A stretch of 64,000 nucleotides of DNA from Thermovirgaceae bacterium (GTDB taxonomy: Bacteria; Synergistota; Synergistia; Synergistales; Thermovirgaceae), in contig JBKHBH010000001.1 in the NCBI GenBank assembly GCA_046542505.1, positions 770-64,769 of the forward strand, read 5' to 3'. The notes under the pieces were generated by a model. That model searched no databases. It was given only the letters and a program-made list of their open reading frames with translations, and was not told where the DNA came from. Below are positions 27,217-35,781 of this stretch, one piece after another (position 1 is the first letter of the stretch; each line of letters opens with the position of its first letter). The translations under genes were made by a program, and so were the position numbers.

Positions 27217-28053
27217 ATGACAAGCGAAGAAGGGCTTGCATCGCAGCGGCGAGTGGCCCGCTATATTTTGGAAAACGGGCGGCAAGTTGCCTTCTTGACT
27301 GCCCAGGAGCTGGCTGCGGAAGTTGGGGTCAGCCTGGCTACAGTCGTACGAACTGCAGCCAACCTCGGGTTTGGGAATTATTACAACCTCAGGGGCAAAC
27401 TCAAGGAAATTCTCATGGCCTCCACGACTCCCACGTGGCTGGAACTTGAAAAGTCGTGGGAAAAACACGCTGAGAGAAATTTCTTCGACAGAATCGTCAA
27501 GGAAAACATAGAAAGTCTGAGGAAGCTGTTGGCACCAGAAACCGCTACCTCAATTGATAGAGCCGTCGATCTTCTAGACCAGGCCGAATCCATCTATGTA
27601 ATGGGCAGCCGATCCAGCAGGGCTCCTGCGTTGACCTTATACTTCGCCTTTCAGCAATTTCTATGGAACACTCATCTTCTTGGCGAAATGGGGGAGGACG
27701 ACCTTTACGAAAACCTGCTTGGGATAGATGGGAATGACGTCTTCATCGCAATTTCACATGGGTACCCCTATTACGCGGTGCAAACCATAAATGCTGTCAA
27801 ACTGGCCAGTTCGAGAGGAATTCGCGTGATTCTCCTGACAGATCATCCGAGCAATCCCTGCGTGATGCATAGCAGTGTGACGATCGTAGTTTACGGTTGT
27901 GAGGGGCATTTTTCCCTCGTGCCTCTGAATACGGTATTAGAGTCCTTAATTGTCGGACTAGGAATGAGACGCTCGGAAAAAGCGATTGACAAATTGCGCA
28001 CTCTTTGGAAAACCCTCATTGATAACGGTGTCACCCTCGGCAGGGAAAACTGA
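27217..28053 (+). CDS. RpiR-family transcriptional regulator (HTH + SIS domain)
   Basis: The N-terminal ARYILENG...TAQELAAEVGVSLATVVRTAANLGFGNY fits an RpiR HTH. A SIS-like segment YVMGSRSS...ISHGYPY follows. Confidence 0.75.
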   Translation: MTSEEGLASQRRVARYILENGRQVAFLTAQELAAEVGVSLATVVRTAANLGFGNYYNLRGKLKEILMASTTPTWLELEKSWEKHAERNFFDRIVKENIESLRKLLAPETATSIDRAVDLLDQAESIYVMGSRSSRAPALTLYFAFQQFLWNTHLLGEMGEDDLYENLLGIDGNDVFIAISHGYPYYAVQTINAVKLASSRGIRVILLTDHPSNPCVMHSSVTIVVYGCEGHFSLVPLNTVLESLIVGLGMRRSEKAIDKLRTLWKTLIDNGVTLGREN

Positions 28054-28136
28054 TTGCAGGCTGTCCCATCAGAATAGGGGGAGAAGAAACAGTATCCTTA
28101 AGCTACCGGTTTTCCGCATCCGGTCACTATTTGCTG

Positions 28137-28164
28137 TTGACAAATCGGCGAATCTCTATAGAAT
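28137..28164 (+). promoter_or_regulatory. Candidate promoter TTGACA-16 nt-TAGAAT of the aro operon leader
   Basis: Hexamers at 28137-28142 and 28159-28164, about 50 nt upstream of the leader ATG. Confidence 0.55.
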
Positions 28165-28211
28165 AAATCGACAATACACGCAAGTCATCCGCAGGGAAAG
28201 GGGGAAAACCA

Positions 28212-28373
28212 ATGGCGGGAAGCCGCGCAAACAAGCATAGCATGCTCACAAAGGGCGGATTCTATTTTTATTTTGGCGGCGGCCAGTGGCGTTATTTTTA
28301 CGCCAGTGGTCATTCAATGCATTGGAATCCGCTATCGGCTCCCCGGACTCTTCCCTCTTCAGGTGAAGCGTAG
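28212..28373 (+). CDS. Aromatic-amino-acid leader peptide MAGSRANKHSMLTKGGFYFYFGGGQWRYFYASGHSMHWNPLSAPRTLPSSGEA (53 aa)
   Basis: AAAGGGGG SD 7 nt upstream of the ATG. 9 of 14 codons at positions 17-30 are Phe/Tyr/Trp. It is followed by a terminator immediately upstream of the DAHP synthase gene. Too short for the ORF track; translated by hand. Confidence 0.65.
   Translation: MAGSRANKHSMLTKGGFYFYFGGGQWRYFYASGHSMHWNPLSAPRTLPSSGEA
28253..28340 (+). promoter_or_regulatory. Attenuator segments 1 (28253-28263) and 2 (28324-28340)
   Basis: GCGGATTC (28255-28262, overlapping the first Phe/Tyr codons) is perfectly complementary to GAATCCGC (28325-28332). Segment 2, GGAATCCGCTATCGGCT, pairs at 15 of 17 positions with terminator arm 28426-28442. 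Confidence 0.55.
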
Positions 28374-28425
28374 GCCAGAAGAAAAACACCAGTAAAGAGT
28401 CGGGAAAGCAAAACAGGAACATACC

Positions 28426-28465
28426 AGCCGGAACCGGATTCCAAATCCAGTTCCGGCTTTTTTTA
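28426..28465 (+). terminator. Attenuator terminator (segments 3:4) of the aro operon leader
   Basis: AGCCGGAACCGGATT (28426-28440) pairs with AATCCAGTTCCGGCT (28444-28458) with one mismatch. It is followed by TTTTTTT and lies 29 nt before the aroF ATG. Confidence 0.7.
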
Positions 28466-28493
28466 TTCTTTTATTCCCGGGAGGTTGAGCGAG

Positions 28494-29540
28494 ATGTTGG
28501 TCATTCAGATGGAGAAGCAGTGCAGCAGCCTTGATGTGGCAAGAGTGTGCGATCTTCTTGAGCGGAGGGGCCGGGAGACGAAAGTGGTGGGTGGCAGGAA
28601 AGCCCTCAATGTGGTGACGGCGGGAAACGGTGAAGAAAAAGACCTTCTGGCGAAACTTCCGGGCGTGGCGGCACTGGCGGCGACGAAGCATCCCTTCCCG
28701 TTGGCAAGCCGTGAAATTTTCCCGAATGACGGTGTGGTAGACATCGCCCCCGGTCTTGCCATCGGCGGAGGGAACATGGTGGTCATGGCGGGACCCTGCG
28801 CTGTGGAAAACCGGTCCCAGATCATCGAGACGGCGCGGGGTGTCAAGGCGGCCGGGGCGAAGGTTCTCAGGGGCGGCGCCTTCAAGCCGAGGACGAACCC
28901 CTACTCCTTCCAGGGTCTGGGGAACGAGGGCATCGCCCTCATGGTGGAGGCCAGGGAGGCGACGGGGCTCCCCATCGTGACGGAAATCATGTCCACCGAA
29001 GACCTTGAGTGGCTTGAGCCCCACGTGGATATTTTCCAGATCGGCTCCCGGAACATGATGAATTTCAGCCTTCTGAAGGCCGTAGGCCGGACCGACAAGC
29101 CCGTCCTCCTCAAGAGAGGCCTCATGGCGACCGTCGACGAATGGCTCCAGGCGGCGGAATACATCCTTGCCGGCGGGAACTCCCGGGTAATCCTTTGCGA
29201 GCGGGGGATCAGGAGCTTCGACAAGAGCACCAGGAACACCCTGGATTTGAGTGTGGTTCCCCTGGTCAAGTCCCTGAGCCATCTCCCGGTGATCGTCGAC
29301 CCAAGCCACGGGACGGGGCGCAGGGAGCTCATCCGCCCCATGAGTCTCGCGGCCCTCGCCGCCGGTGCGGACGGCCTGATCGTAGAAGTGCATCCTGAGC
29401 CCGACAATGCTCTTTCCGACGGCTTCCAGACGCTGGATCTGGCTGCCTTTGACGATCTCATGCAATCCATCTCGAGCCTGACGCAGATGATGAAAACCGA
29501 CGAGGAACGACGGAAATGCGCCTTGAAAATAGCAATGTAG
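28494..29540 (+). CDS. aroF: 3-deoxy-7-phosphoheptulonate (DAHP) synthase, type I-beta, with an N-terminal ferredoxin/ACT-like regulatory domain
   Basis: ATG 28494 lies 9 nt after GGGAGG. The core motifs VMAGPCAVE, LRGGAFKPRT.PYSFQG, KRG and DPSHG follow a roughly 75-aa extra N-terminal domain. Confidence 0.85.
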   Translation: MLVIQMEKQCSSLDVARVCDLLERRGRETKVVGGRKALNVVTAGNGEEKDLLAKLPGVAALAATKHPFPLASREIFPNDGVVDIAPGLAIGGGNMVVMAGPCAVENRSQIIETARGVKAAGAKVLRGGAFKPRTNPYSFQGLGNEGIALMVEAREATGLPIVTEIMSTEDLEWLEPHVDIFQIGSRNMMNFSLLKAVGRTDKPVLLKRGLMATVDEWLQAAEYILAGGNSRVILCERGIRSFDKSTRNTLDLSVVPLVKSLSHLPVIVDPSHGTGRRELIRPMSLAALAAGADGLIVEVHPEPDNALSDGFQTLDLAAFDDLMQSISSLTQMMKTDEERRKCALKIAM

Positions 29541-30400
29541 GCATCGCCGGAGTAGGCCTCATCGGCGGTTCCATCGCAGCGGCCCTGGCTTCCGGCGGCC
29601 GGTGCCGGGCCGTCAGGGGCTGGGACCGGGACCCCGAAGTCACAAACCTGGCCGTACAAAAGGGTTTTTTGCATGAGGCTTCAAACAGCCTCGAGGACCT
29701 GGCTTCATGGACGGATGTCTTTGTAGCGGCTGTACCACCCGCGGCCATCGTCGACGTAGGACGGAGGGCCTTCACCGCATCGGCCGGGAAAATCCGGGCC
29801 TTCTTCGATACGGGAAGCGCCAAACGTGTCGTCGCCAGGGAGCTTGCGCGAATCTGGCAGGACCGCTACCTCGGCTTTCATCCCATGGCGGGCAGGGAGC
29901 AAGGCGGGATAGACAACGCCGAAGCGGGACTTTTTCAAGGCTGCGTGACCGCCCTTGTGACCGATTCCGAAACCTCACAGGAGACGAAAGAAACAGCCCT
30001 GGAACTGGCGGGGGCCCTGAAATCCTCGAGGGCGGTGGAAATGGATGCCGAAACCCATGACAAGACCGTCGCCTGCATCAGCCACCTTCCCGTTTTTGTC
30101 GCCATGGCCCTGTCCATTACGGCCGGGGAATGCCAAGGCCGCCTTCCGGCCCCTGGAGAACTCGCAGCAGGGGGTTTCCGGGATACCTCACGGGTGGCCC
30201 AGGGGCCTTCCTGGCTTGTGGCCGAGATGTGGGGTCAAAACGGGGACTTTATCGCCCCCCTCCTCCACAGGGCGGCATCGCTGCTGGAAGTCATGGCGGG
30301 TTCGTCGAAAGAAGAGCTTGCAGCCATTTCGGAACGGGCGGCCCTGTCGAGGAAGTCCGTTCTCGAAGGACTGAAGGATTCAGGAGGTGAGCTTTCATGA
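29516..30400 (+). CDS. tyrA: Prephenate dehydrogenase
   Basis: VGIAGVGLIGGSIAAAL Rossmann motif, HPMAG motif, 294 aa. The start overlaps the end of aroF by 25 nt. Confidence 0.75.
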   Translation: MRLENSNVGIAGVGLIGGSIAAALASGGRCRAVRGWDRDPEVTNLAVQKGFLHEASNSLEDLASWTDVFVAAVPPAAIVDVGRRAFTASAGKIRAFFDTGSAKRVVARELARIWQDRYLGFHPMAGREQGGIDNAEAGLFQGCVTALVTDSETSQETKETALELAGALKSSRAVEMDAETHDKTVACISHLPVFVAMALSITAGECQGRLPAPGELAAGGFRDTSRVAQGPSWLVAEMWGQNGDFIAPLLHRAASLLEVMAGSSKEELAAISERAALSRKSVLEGLKDSGGELS

Positions 30401-31698
30401 AAAGCATCCAGGTGGAACCGGCAGGAGCCGCCTTGAGGGGAAAGATCACGCCTCCCGGCGATAAATCCATTTCCCACCGTGCGGCTTTTATGGGTGCCCT
30501 GTCGTCAGAGGGGATAAGTGTTTCAAATTTTTCGACGGGCGCGGATTGCGCTTCCACTCTGCGGTGCCTCGGGCAGATCGGATGCAGGGTCCTTCGTGAA
30601 GGCCACAGGGTATCGGTGCACAGGGGGAGCGAGCGCAAGGAGACGGGAGGCATTCTCGACGCGGGGAACTCGGGGACGACGGCGCGCCTCTTGTGCGGTT
30701 TTCTTGCGGGAATACCCGGCCTCTTCTCGGTGATTACCGGCGATGAGAGCCTTCGGAAACGCCCCATGGCCCGAGTCGTTTCCCCCCTCAGGACCATGGG
30801 TGCCCGCATCGACGGCCCGGAGGGCGCCTCGTCTCTCCCCTTGTCCATACGGGGGACCCGTCTTTCGGGAGGGACGTTTTCCCTCACGGTGGCCAGCGCA
30901 CAGGTGAAAACGGCCCTCCTTCTTGCCGGGCTCAACGCCCAGGGGAGTGTCACCGTCGTGGAACCGCTGCAGACGAGAGACCACACGGAGATCATGCTGC
31001 GTCATCTGGGCGTGCCGGTCCGGAGTGAGGCCGGGGCGGTCACGGTGTACCCCTGCAGCGACCTCCCGGGCGGGTCCTGGAGGATCCCCGGCGACTTCTC
31101 CTCGGCCGCCTTCTGGATTGTCGCGGCGACCATCGCCGAAGGCTCGGATCTTGTCCTCGAAGGAGTCGGGGCAAACCCCACAAGGACGGGGATATTGAAA
31201 CATCTGCAGGAAATGGGGGCGGATCTGGAATGGGGCTCCCAAAGCCTTGCCGGGGGAGAGCAGCAGGCGGACCTGAAGGTTCACAGCGCCCCCCTCGAGG
31301 CGGTTGCCATCGGCGAAAAAGACATTCCGATCATGGTGGACGAACTGCCCGTTCTGGCCGTGGCGGCGACCCAGGCGAAGGGGGTCTCCAGGATCAGCGG
31401 TGCGAGGGAGCTCCGCTTCAAGGAGACCGACCGGATCCGGGCCATGACCGAAGGCCTGAAGAAGCTTGGGGCGAAAATCCTGGAACATGACGACGGCTGG
31501 GAAATCGAGGGGCCGGTCCAGCTTCACGGGGGGACCGTGGACGGCTGCGGCGACCACAGGATTGCCATGGCCCTCAGCATCGCCGCGCTGGTCGCAGACG
31601 GCCCCGTCACTGTAGAAGGCGGCGGCTGTGTCGAAATCTCCTATCCTTCCTTTTACGATGATCTCAAGACGGTGACGGCCTGCGGAGCGGCGTCATGA
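30397..31698 (+). CDS. aroA: 3-phosphoshikimate 1-carboxyvinyltransferase (EPSP synthase)
   Basis: ATGA overlap. Motifs PGDKSISHR, LDAGNSGTTARL, RPM and DHRIAMA. Confidence 0.9.
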   Translation: MKSIQVEPAGAALRGKITPPGDKSISHRAAFMGALSSEGISVSNFSTGADCASTLRCLGQIGCRVLREGHRVSVHRGSERKETGGILDAGNSGTTARLLCGFLAGIPGLFSVITGDESLRKRPMARVVSPLRTMGARIDGPEGASSLPLSIRGTRLSGGTFSLTVASAQVKTALLLAGLNAQGSVTVVEPLQTRDHTEIMLRHLGVPVRSEAGAVTVYPCSDLPGGSWRIPGDFSSAAFWIVAATIAEGSDLVLEGVGANPTRTGILKHLQEMGADLEWGSQSLAGGEQQADLKVHSAPLEAVAIGEKDIPIMVDELPVLAVAATQAKGVSRISGARELRFKETDRIRAMTEGLKKLGAKILEHDDGWEIEGPVQLHGGTVDGCGDHRIAMALSIAALVADGPVTVEGGGCVEISYPSFYDDLKTVTACGAAS

Positions 31699-32555
31699 TC
31701 GGCGCCGGGACGCGCCTGGTCGCCCTTTTAGGCAACCCGGTCGGCCATAGCCTCTCCCCGGTGATGCACAACGCCGCCTTCAGGGAAACGGGTCTCGATA
31801 TGTGCTACCTGGCTTTTGAGGTGATCCCCGGTGACCTGGGAAAGGCCCTTGAAGGGCTCAAATGCCTGGGCGCCGTGGGAGCGAACATCACGGTACCCTT
31901 CAAGGAAAGGGCCCTGCTGTACATGGACCGGCTTGCCCCGCTGGCCGATGCCGTCGGTGCCGTCAACACCATTGTCTTCGAAGGGAAACGCGCTTTCGGC
32001 CATAACACGGACATCGACGGCATAGGGGAAACTCTCCGCCTTTTCCGGGTACCGAAGGAGCCCGTTCTGCTGCTTGGTGCCGGGGGTGCCGCGAGGGCTG
32101 CCGCCTGTGCCTTGGGCAAGGAAGGCTGCGGTCCGATATGGGTTTCCAACAGGAATTTCAAAAGGGCGGAGCAGCTTGCCGAGGACCTGGCGAGAATCTG
32201 CAAGACGCCTTTTGCGGGGGCCGTCCCCTGGGGTGAAAGGCCCCCAGAGCCGTGCCCTCTTGTGGTGAATGCCACGTCTTTGGGCCTGAAAGGGACTGAC
32301 TGGCCCGAGGGTCTGCCGGAAAAGATCCTGTCCGGGGAGGACGTCGAAGGGGTGCTGGATCTGGTGTACAGGCCTGGTGCGGTGACGCCCCTCGTGGAAG
32401 CGGCGCAAAAGCGGGGCATCGCCGCCATCGGCGGCGAAGAGGTCCTCCTCCGGCAGGGGGCGGCGGCCTTTACCCTGTTTACCGGGGTGGATGCCCCCGT
32501 CGAAAGGATGCGCCGCAGCATGAGGGAATGGACCATGCGTGATGGAAGGGGCTGA
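31695..32555 (+). CDS. aroE: Shikimate dehydrogenase
   Basis: ATGA overlap. Motifs GNPVGHSLSP.MHN, NITVPFK, NTD and GAGGAARA. Confidence 0.85.
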   Translation: MIGAGTRLVALLGNPVGHSLSPVMHNAAFRETGLDMCYLAFEVIPGDLGKALEGLKCLGAVGANITVPFKERALLYMDRLAPLADAVGAVNTIVFEGKRAFGHNTDIDGIGETLRLFRVPKEPVLLLGAGGAARAAACALGKEGCGPIWVSNRNFKRAEQLAEDLARICKTPFAGAVPWGERPPEPCPLVVNATSLGLKGTDWPEGLPEKILSGEDVEGVLDLVYRPGAVTPLVEAAQKRGIAAIGGEEVLLRQGAAAFTLFTGVDAPVERMRRSMREWTMRDGRG

Positions 32556-32561
32556 TCCGCC

Positions 32562-33740
32562 ATGGCTCTCCGCTTTTTGACGAGCGGCGAATCCCACGGG
32601 CGCGGCCTGCTGGTCGTCGTGGAAGGGTTGCCCGCAGGCCTGGAGGTTTTTCCCGAGGATCTGGAAAAAGGCCTTGCCAGGAGGCGGCGTGGATACGGCC
32701 GCGGGGCCAGGATGCGCCTGGAAAAGGACCGGCTCACTATCTGGAGCGGCATACGCAACGGCAAAACCACCGGAGCCCCTTGCGGGATCTCCATCGAAAA
32801 CGAGGAATGGGAAAAGTGGCGGCCCGTGCTCGATCCCGCCCGTCATGACGCTGCCGGTGCGACCGCCGGGAACGTGTCCTGCCCGAGGCCGGGCCATGCT
32901 GATCTGGCCGGCGCCGTGAAATACGGCCACCGGGACATGAGGAATGTCCTCGAGCGGGCGAGCGCCCGGTCCACGGCGGCCTGGACGGCGGCGGGGCTTC
33001 TTGCGGGGCTTCTTCTGGCAGATATCGGCGTGCGGGTCCGGGGCGCAGTACTTTCCATCGGCGGAACCGAGGCGGCGCCCCCTGATTCAGAAGCAGAATG
33101 GGAAACGGCCATGTCCTCGGACCTGGGATGCCCGGAAAAATCCGCTGAGGCGGCCTTTACGGAGAGGATAAAAGAGGCCGATGAAAAAAAGGACACCCTC
33201 GGGGGTGCCTTTCTCGTCTCCGTGACAGGCCTGCCTCCGGGCGTAGGATCCTATGCGGAGTGGGACCGGAGGCTCGACGGGCGCCTGGCGGCGGCGGTCA
33301 TGGCCATACCGGGGATCAAGGGCGTCGAGATCGGAGACGGGTTCCGTCTTGCCGGACTTCCCGGGAGCCTGGCTCACGATGCCATCTTCCCCGACGGGCG
33401 GGGCGGACTCGAGCGTCGGTCAAACCATGCCGGGGGACTTGAAGGAGGGATGGCCAACGGTGAAGAAGTTCTTCTGAAGGCCGTTATGAAGCCAATCCCC
33501 ACGCTCCGGAAACCCCTGCCTTCCGTTGACGTGACGACGGGCGAAACCGTGTCGGCCCATCGGGAAAGGGGCGATGTCTGTGCCGTACCGGCTGCCTGCG
33601 TTGTGGCCGAAGCCATGGTCGCCTGGATCATCGCCGCCGCGGTGACGGAGCAGTTCGGGGGTGACCGGATGGAAGACCTCCGGCGAAGGTTCAACGATTA
33701 CGTGAGTGAAGCGGGGAGGTTCCCCCATGGAAGGGACTAA
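32562..33740 (+). CDS. aroC: Chorismate synthase
   Basis: Motifs LTSGESHG, RRPGHAD and ERSSARET-like, 392 aa. Confidence 0.9.
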   Translation: MALRFLTSGESHGRGLLVVVEGLPAGLEVFPEDLEKGLARRRRGYGRGARMRLEKDRLTIWSGIRNGKTTGAPCGISIENEEWEKWRPVLDPARHDAAGATAGNVSCPRPGHADLAGAVKYGHRDMRNVLERASARSTAAWTAAGLLAGLLLADIGVRVRGAVLSIGGTEAAPPDSEAEWETAMSSDLGCPEKSAEAAFTERIKEADEKKDTLGGAFLVSVTGLPPGVGSYAEWDRRLDGRLAAAVMAIPGIKGVEIGDGFRLAGLPGSLAHDAIFPDGRGGLERRSNHAGGLEGGMANGEEVLLKAVMKPIPTLRKPLPSVDVTTGETVSAHRERGDVCAVPAACVVAEAMVAWIIAAAVTEQFGGDRMEDLRRRFNDYVSEAGRFPHGRD

Positions 33741-35337
33741 CCTCTTTCTCGGAGGCTTCATGGCTTCCGGCAAAACGGCCGTGGGCAAGGAGATTTCAAG
33801 GCTTTCCGGGCGCCCCTTCCTGGACGTGGACGGCCTTATTGAACAGAGGAAAGGCATGTCCGTGGCGGAAATCTTTGAGAGCAAGGGCGAACTTTGCTTC
33901 CGGCGCCTGGAAGCGGAAACGGTCCGTGAGGCCTGCGGGCTGGAAAACACGGTGATCGCCCTGGGCGGAGGGTCCCTCCTGAACGGGGACTTGAAAGACC
34001 TCATTCTCCAGAGGGGGAAACTCGTCATTCTTGATGTCCTTCCGGAAACAGTGCTCGAGCGCACCCGCTGTGAAAGGGACAAACGCCCGCTGCTTGAACC
34101 TCATGTGCTGAAAGACCTGATGGCAAGACGCCGCGAAGCCTATGCGTGCGGGGACTACAGGGTGCCAACGGACGGCAGGAATGTGGGGGCCCTCGCCGGG
34201 GAGATCCTGCGGCGTTTCGGCATCCGGGCCCGGTGCTCCGTCCCGGGCCGTGACAGACTGCCGGGCGATGAAAGGGTCGTGACGGGGCATATCTACGTGG
34301 GCCGGGGGATTCTCGCGAAGAAAACCAGGGAGCTTGTCGAAGGGTCTTCGGGGTCATTTTTTACCGTAGCCGACAAAATCACGGGACCTCTTTACGGGGA
34401 GGGTCTCGGAAAATCCAGGGGCGCCTTTTTGCTCCCAAGAGGCGAAGCAGCGAAGCAGCTGTCCATGGTGGAGAAACTCTGGCAGGCCTTTTCGAATTCC
34501 GGTGTGGACCGGGGCGACATGGTGGTCGCCCTCGGCGGGGGTACGGTGGGCGACGCCGCCGGGTTCGCCGCGTCGACGTGGCTGCGTGGGATCCCTGTCA
34601 TCCAGTGTCCCACCACACTGTTGGCGCAGGTGGACAGCGCCGTCGGCGGGAAGACGGGAGTCAACCTTCCCGAGGGGAAAAACCTCGTCGGGAGCTTCCA
34701 CCAGCCGCGGGCAGTGGTGTCCGATGTGGAGTGCCTCCTGAGTCTTTCATGGAAGGACTACCGGCAGGGGCTTGCCGAGGCGGTCAAGTACGGCCTGGGC
34801 GAGGACTCAGCCCTCTTGGGATGGATCGGGGAGCATGCCCGGGGATTACGGGGGCGAGATCCCGGGCTTCTTGTCGAACTTGTGGCAAGGTGCGCCGCCA
34901 TCAAGGCAGACGTGGTTCGGGAGGATGAAAAGGAGCAAAAGGGAGTCCGCGAGAGGCTTAACCTGGGGCACACAGTAGCCCATAGTCTGGAAGCCGCATC
35001 GAGGTATGAAGACTGGTCCCACGGTGACGCTGTTTCCGTCGGGATGGTTGTCGCGGCGCACCTTTCGTTCCGGCTGGGACAGTGCGAAAGGGAAACGCCG
35101 ACTCAACTGATGGAACTTCTTTCGGAACTTGGCCTTCCGGTGGCCCCCGACATCCCCTGGGAGGAAATCCAGCCCCGCCTGCTCAGGGACAAGAAGTTCA
35201 GGGGTGGGGGCCCCCGGCTGGTCCTTCCGCGGACCAAAGACCGGGCCGTCGTTCGTGACGATGTTCCGCTGAAAATGCTGCAGGAATGCTACGAGGAGGT
35301 GCTGGCATGGAACGGAGGCTCGCCTTTGCCGTGCTGA
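33727..35337 (+). CDS. aroKB: Fused shikimate kinase / 3-dehydroquinate synthase
   Basis: ATG 33727 lies 7 nt after GGGGAGG. The N-terminal P-loop GFMASGKTAVGK is followed by the DHQS motifs GGGTVGD.AGF, PTTLLAQVDS.VGGKT and LNLGHT.AH. Confidence 0.8.
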   Translation: MEGTNLFLGGFMASGKTAVGKEISRLSGRPFLDVDGLIEQRKGMSVAEIFESKGELCFRRLEAETVREACGLENTVIALGGGSLLNGDLKDLILQRGKLVILDVLPETVLERTRCERDKRPLLEPHVLKDLMARRREAYACGDYRVPTDGRNVGALAGEILRRFGIRARCSVPGRDRLPGDERVVTGHIYVGRGILAKKTRELVEGSSGSFFTVADKITGPLYGEGLGKSRGAFLLPRGEAAKQLSMVEKLWQAFSNSGVDRGDMVVALGGGTVGDAAGFAASTWLRGIPVIQCPTTLLAQVDSAVGGKTGVNLPEGKNLVGSFHQPRAVVSDVECLLSLSWKDYRQGLAEAVKYGLGEDSALLGWIGEHARGLRGRDPGLLVELVARCAAIKADVVREDEKEQKGVRERLNLGHTVAHSLEAASRYEDWSHGDAVSVGMVVAAHLSFRLGQCERETPTQLMELLSELGLPVAPDIPWEEIQPRLLRDKKFRGGGPRLVLPRTKDRAVVRDDVPLKMLQECYEEVLAWNGGSPLPC

Positions 35338-35750
35338 ACGGACCCAACCTGAATCTTCTGGGCGAAAGGGAACCCGGAGTTTACGGGAAACACTCCTTGT
35401 CCGACCTGGAGAACCTCTGCAGGAAATGGGCCGATGATCACAACGCGGCGGTGGAGTTTTTCCAGAGCAATCACGAGGGGGAGCTCATCGACCGGCTCCA
35501 GGTCCTTCATAAAAGCGTTTCCGGCGTGGTGTTCAACCCGGGGGGGTACACGCACACCAGCGTCGCCCTCAGGGACTGTGTCGCCGCTGTAGCCGTCCCC
35601 GTCGTCGAGGTGCACCTGTCGAACCCGGCGGCGAGGGAGCCTTTCAGGCATACCAGCCTCATAGCCCCCGTCGCCGCCGGGAGCATCGCCGGCTTTGGAG
35701 TCCGGGGTTATATTCTTGCCCTGGAGAGTTTTCTCGGATCTGCCTATTGA
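35307..35750 (+). CDS. aroQ: Type II 3-dehydroquinate dehydratase
   Basis: ATG 35307 follows GAGGAGG. Motifs LNGPNLNLLG.REP..YG, NPGGYTHTSVA and EVHLSN. Confidence 0.9.
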   Translation: MERRLAFAVLNGPNLNLLGEREPGVYGKHSLSDLENLCRKWADDHNAAVEFFQSNHEGELIDRLQVLHKSVSGVVFNPGGYTHTSVALRDCVAAVAVPVVEVHLSNPAAREPFRHTSLIAPVAAGSIAGFGVRGYILALESFLGSAY

Positions 35751-35781
35751 ACAGGATCCCGACCCCTCGGCCTGTCGGCTC

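Noticed and set aside
28025-28127. Short matches (TGTCACCC, CTGTCC, CCGGTCAC) to the IS-relic repeat motifs near the right edge of the low-GC block
   Set aside because: Matches of 6-8 nt scattered over about 100 nt, partly inside the rpiR coding region, are expected by chance in 128 kb of two-strand sequence.
28054-28493. Possible T-box or riboswitch upstream of the aro operon
   Set aside because: I found no T-box-like conserved sequence or specifier-loop arrangement. The SD-preceded aromatic-codon ORF plus the complementary segments 1-4 explain the region better.
30523-32930. 344-aa and 400-aa minus-strand ORFs opposite aroA/aroE, with similar ones opposite the M20D and glyA genes (36121-38279, plus strand)
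   Set aside because: They are antisense to genes with strong motif support, and their composition is typical of GC-rich shadow ORFs.
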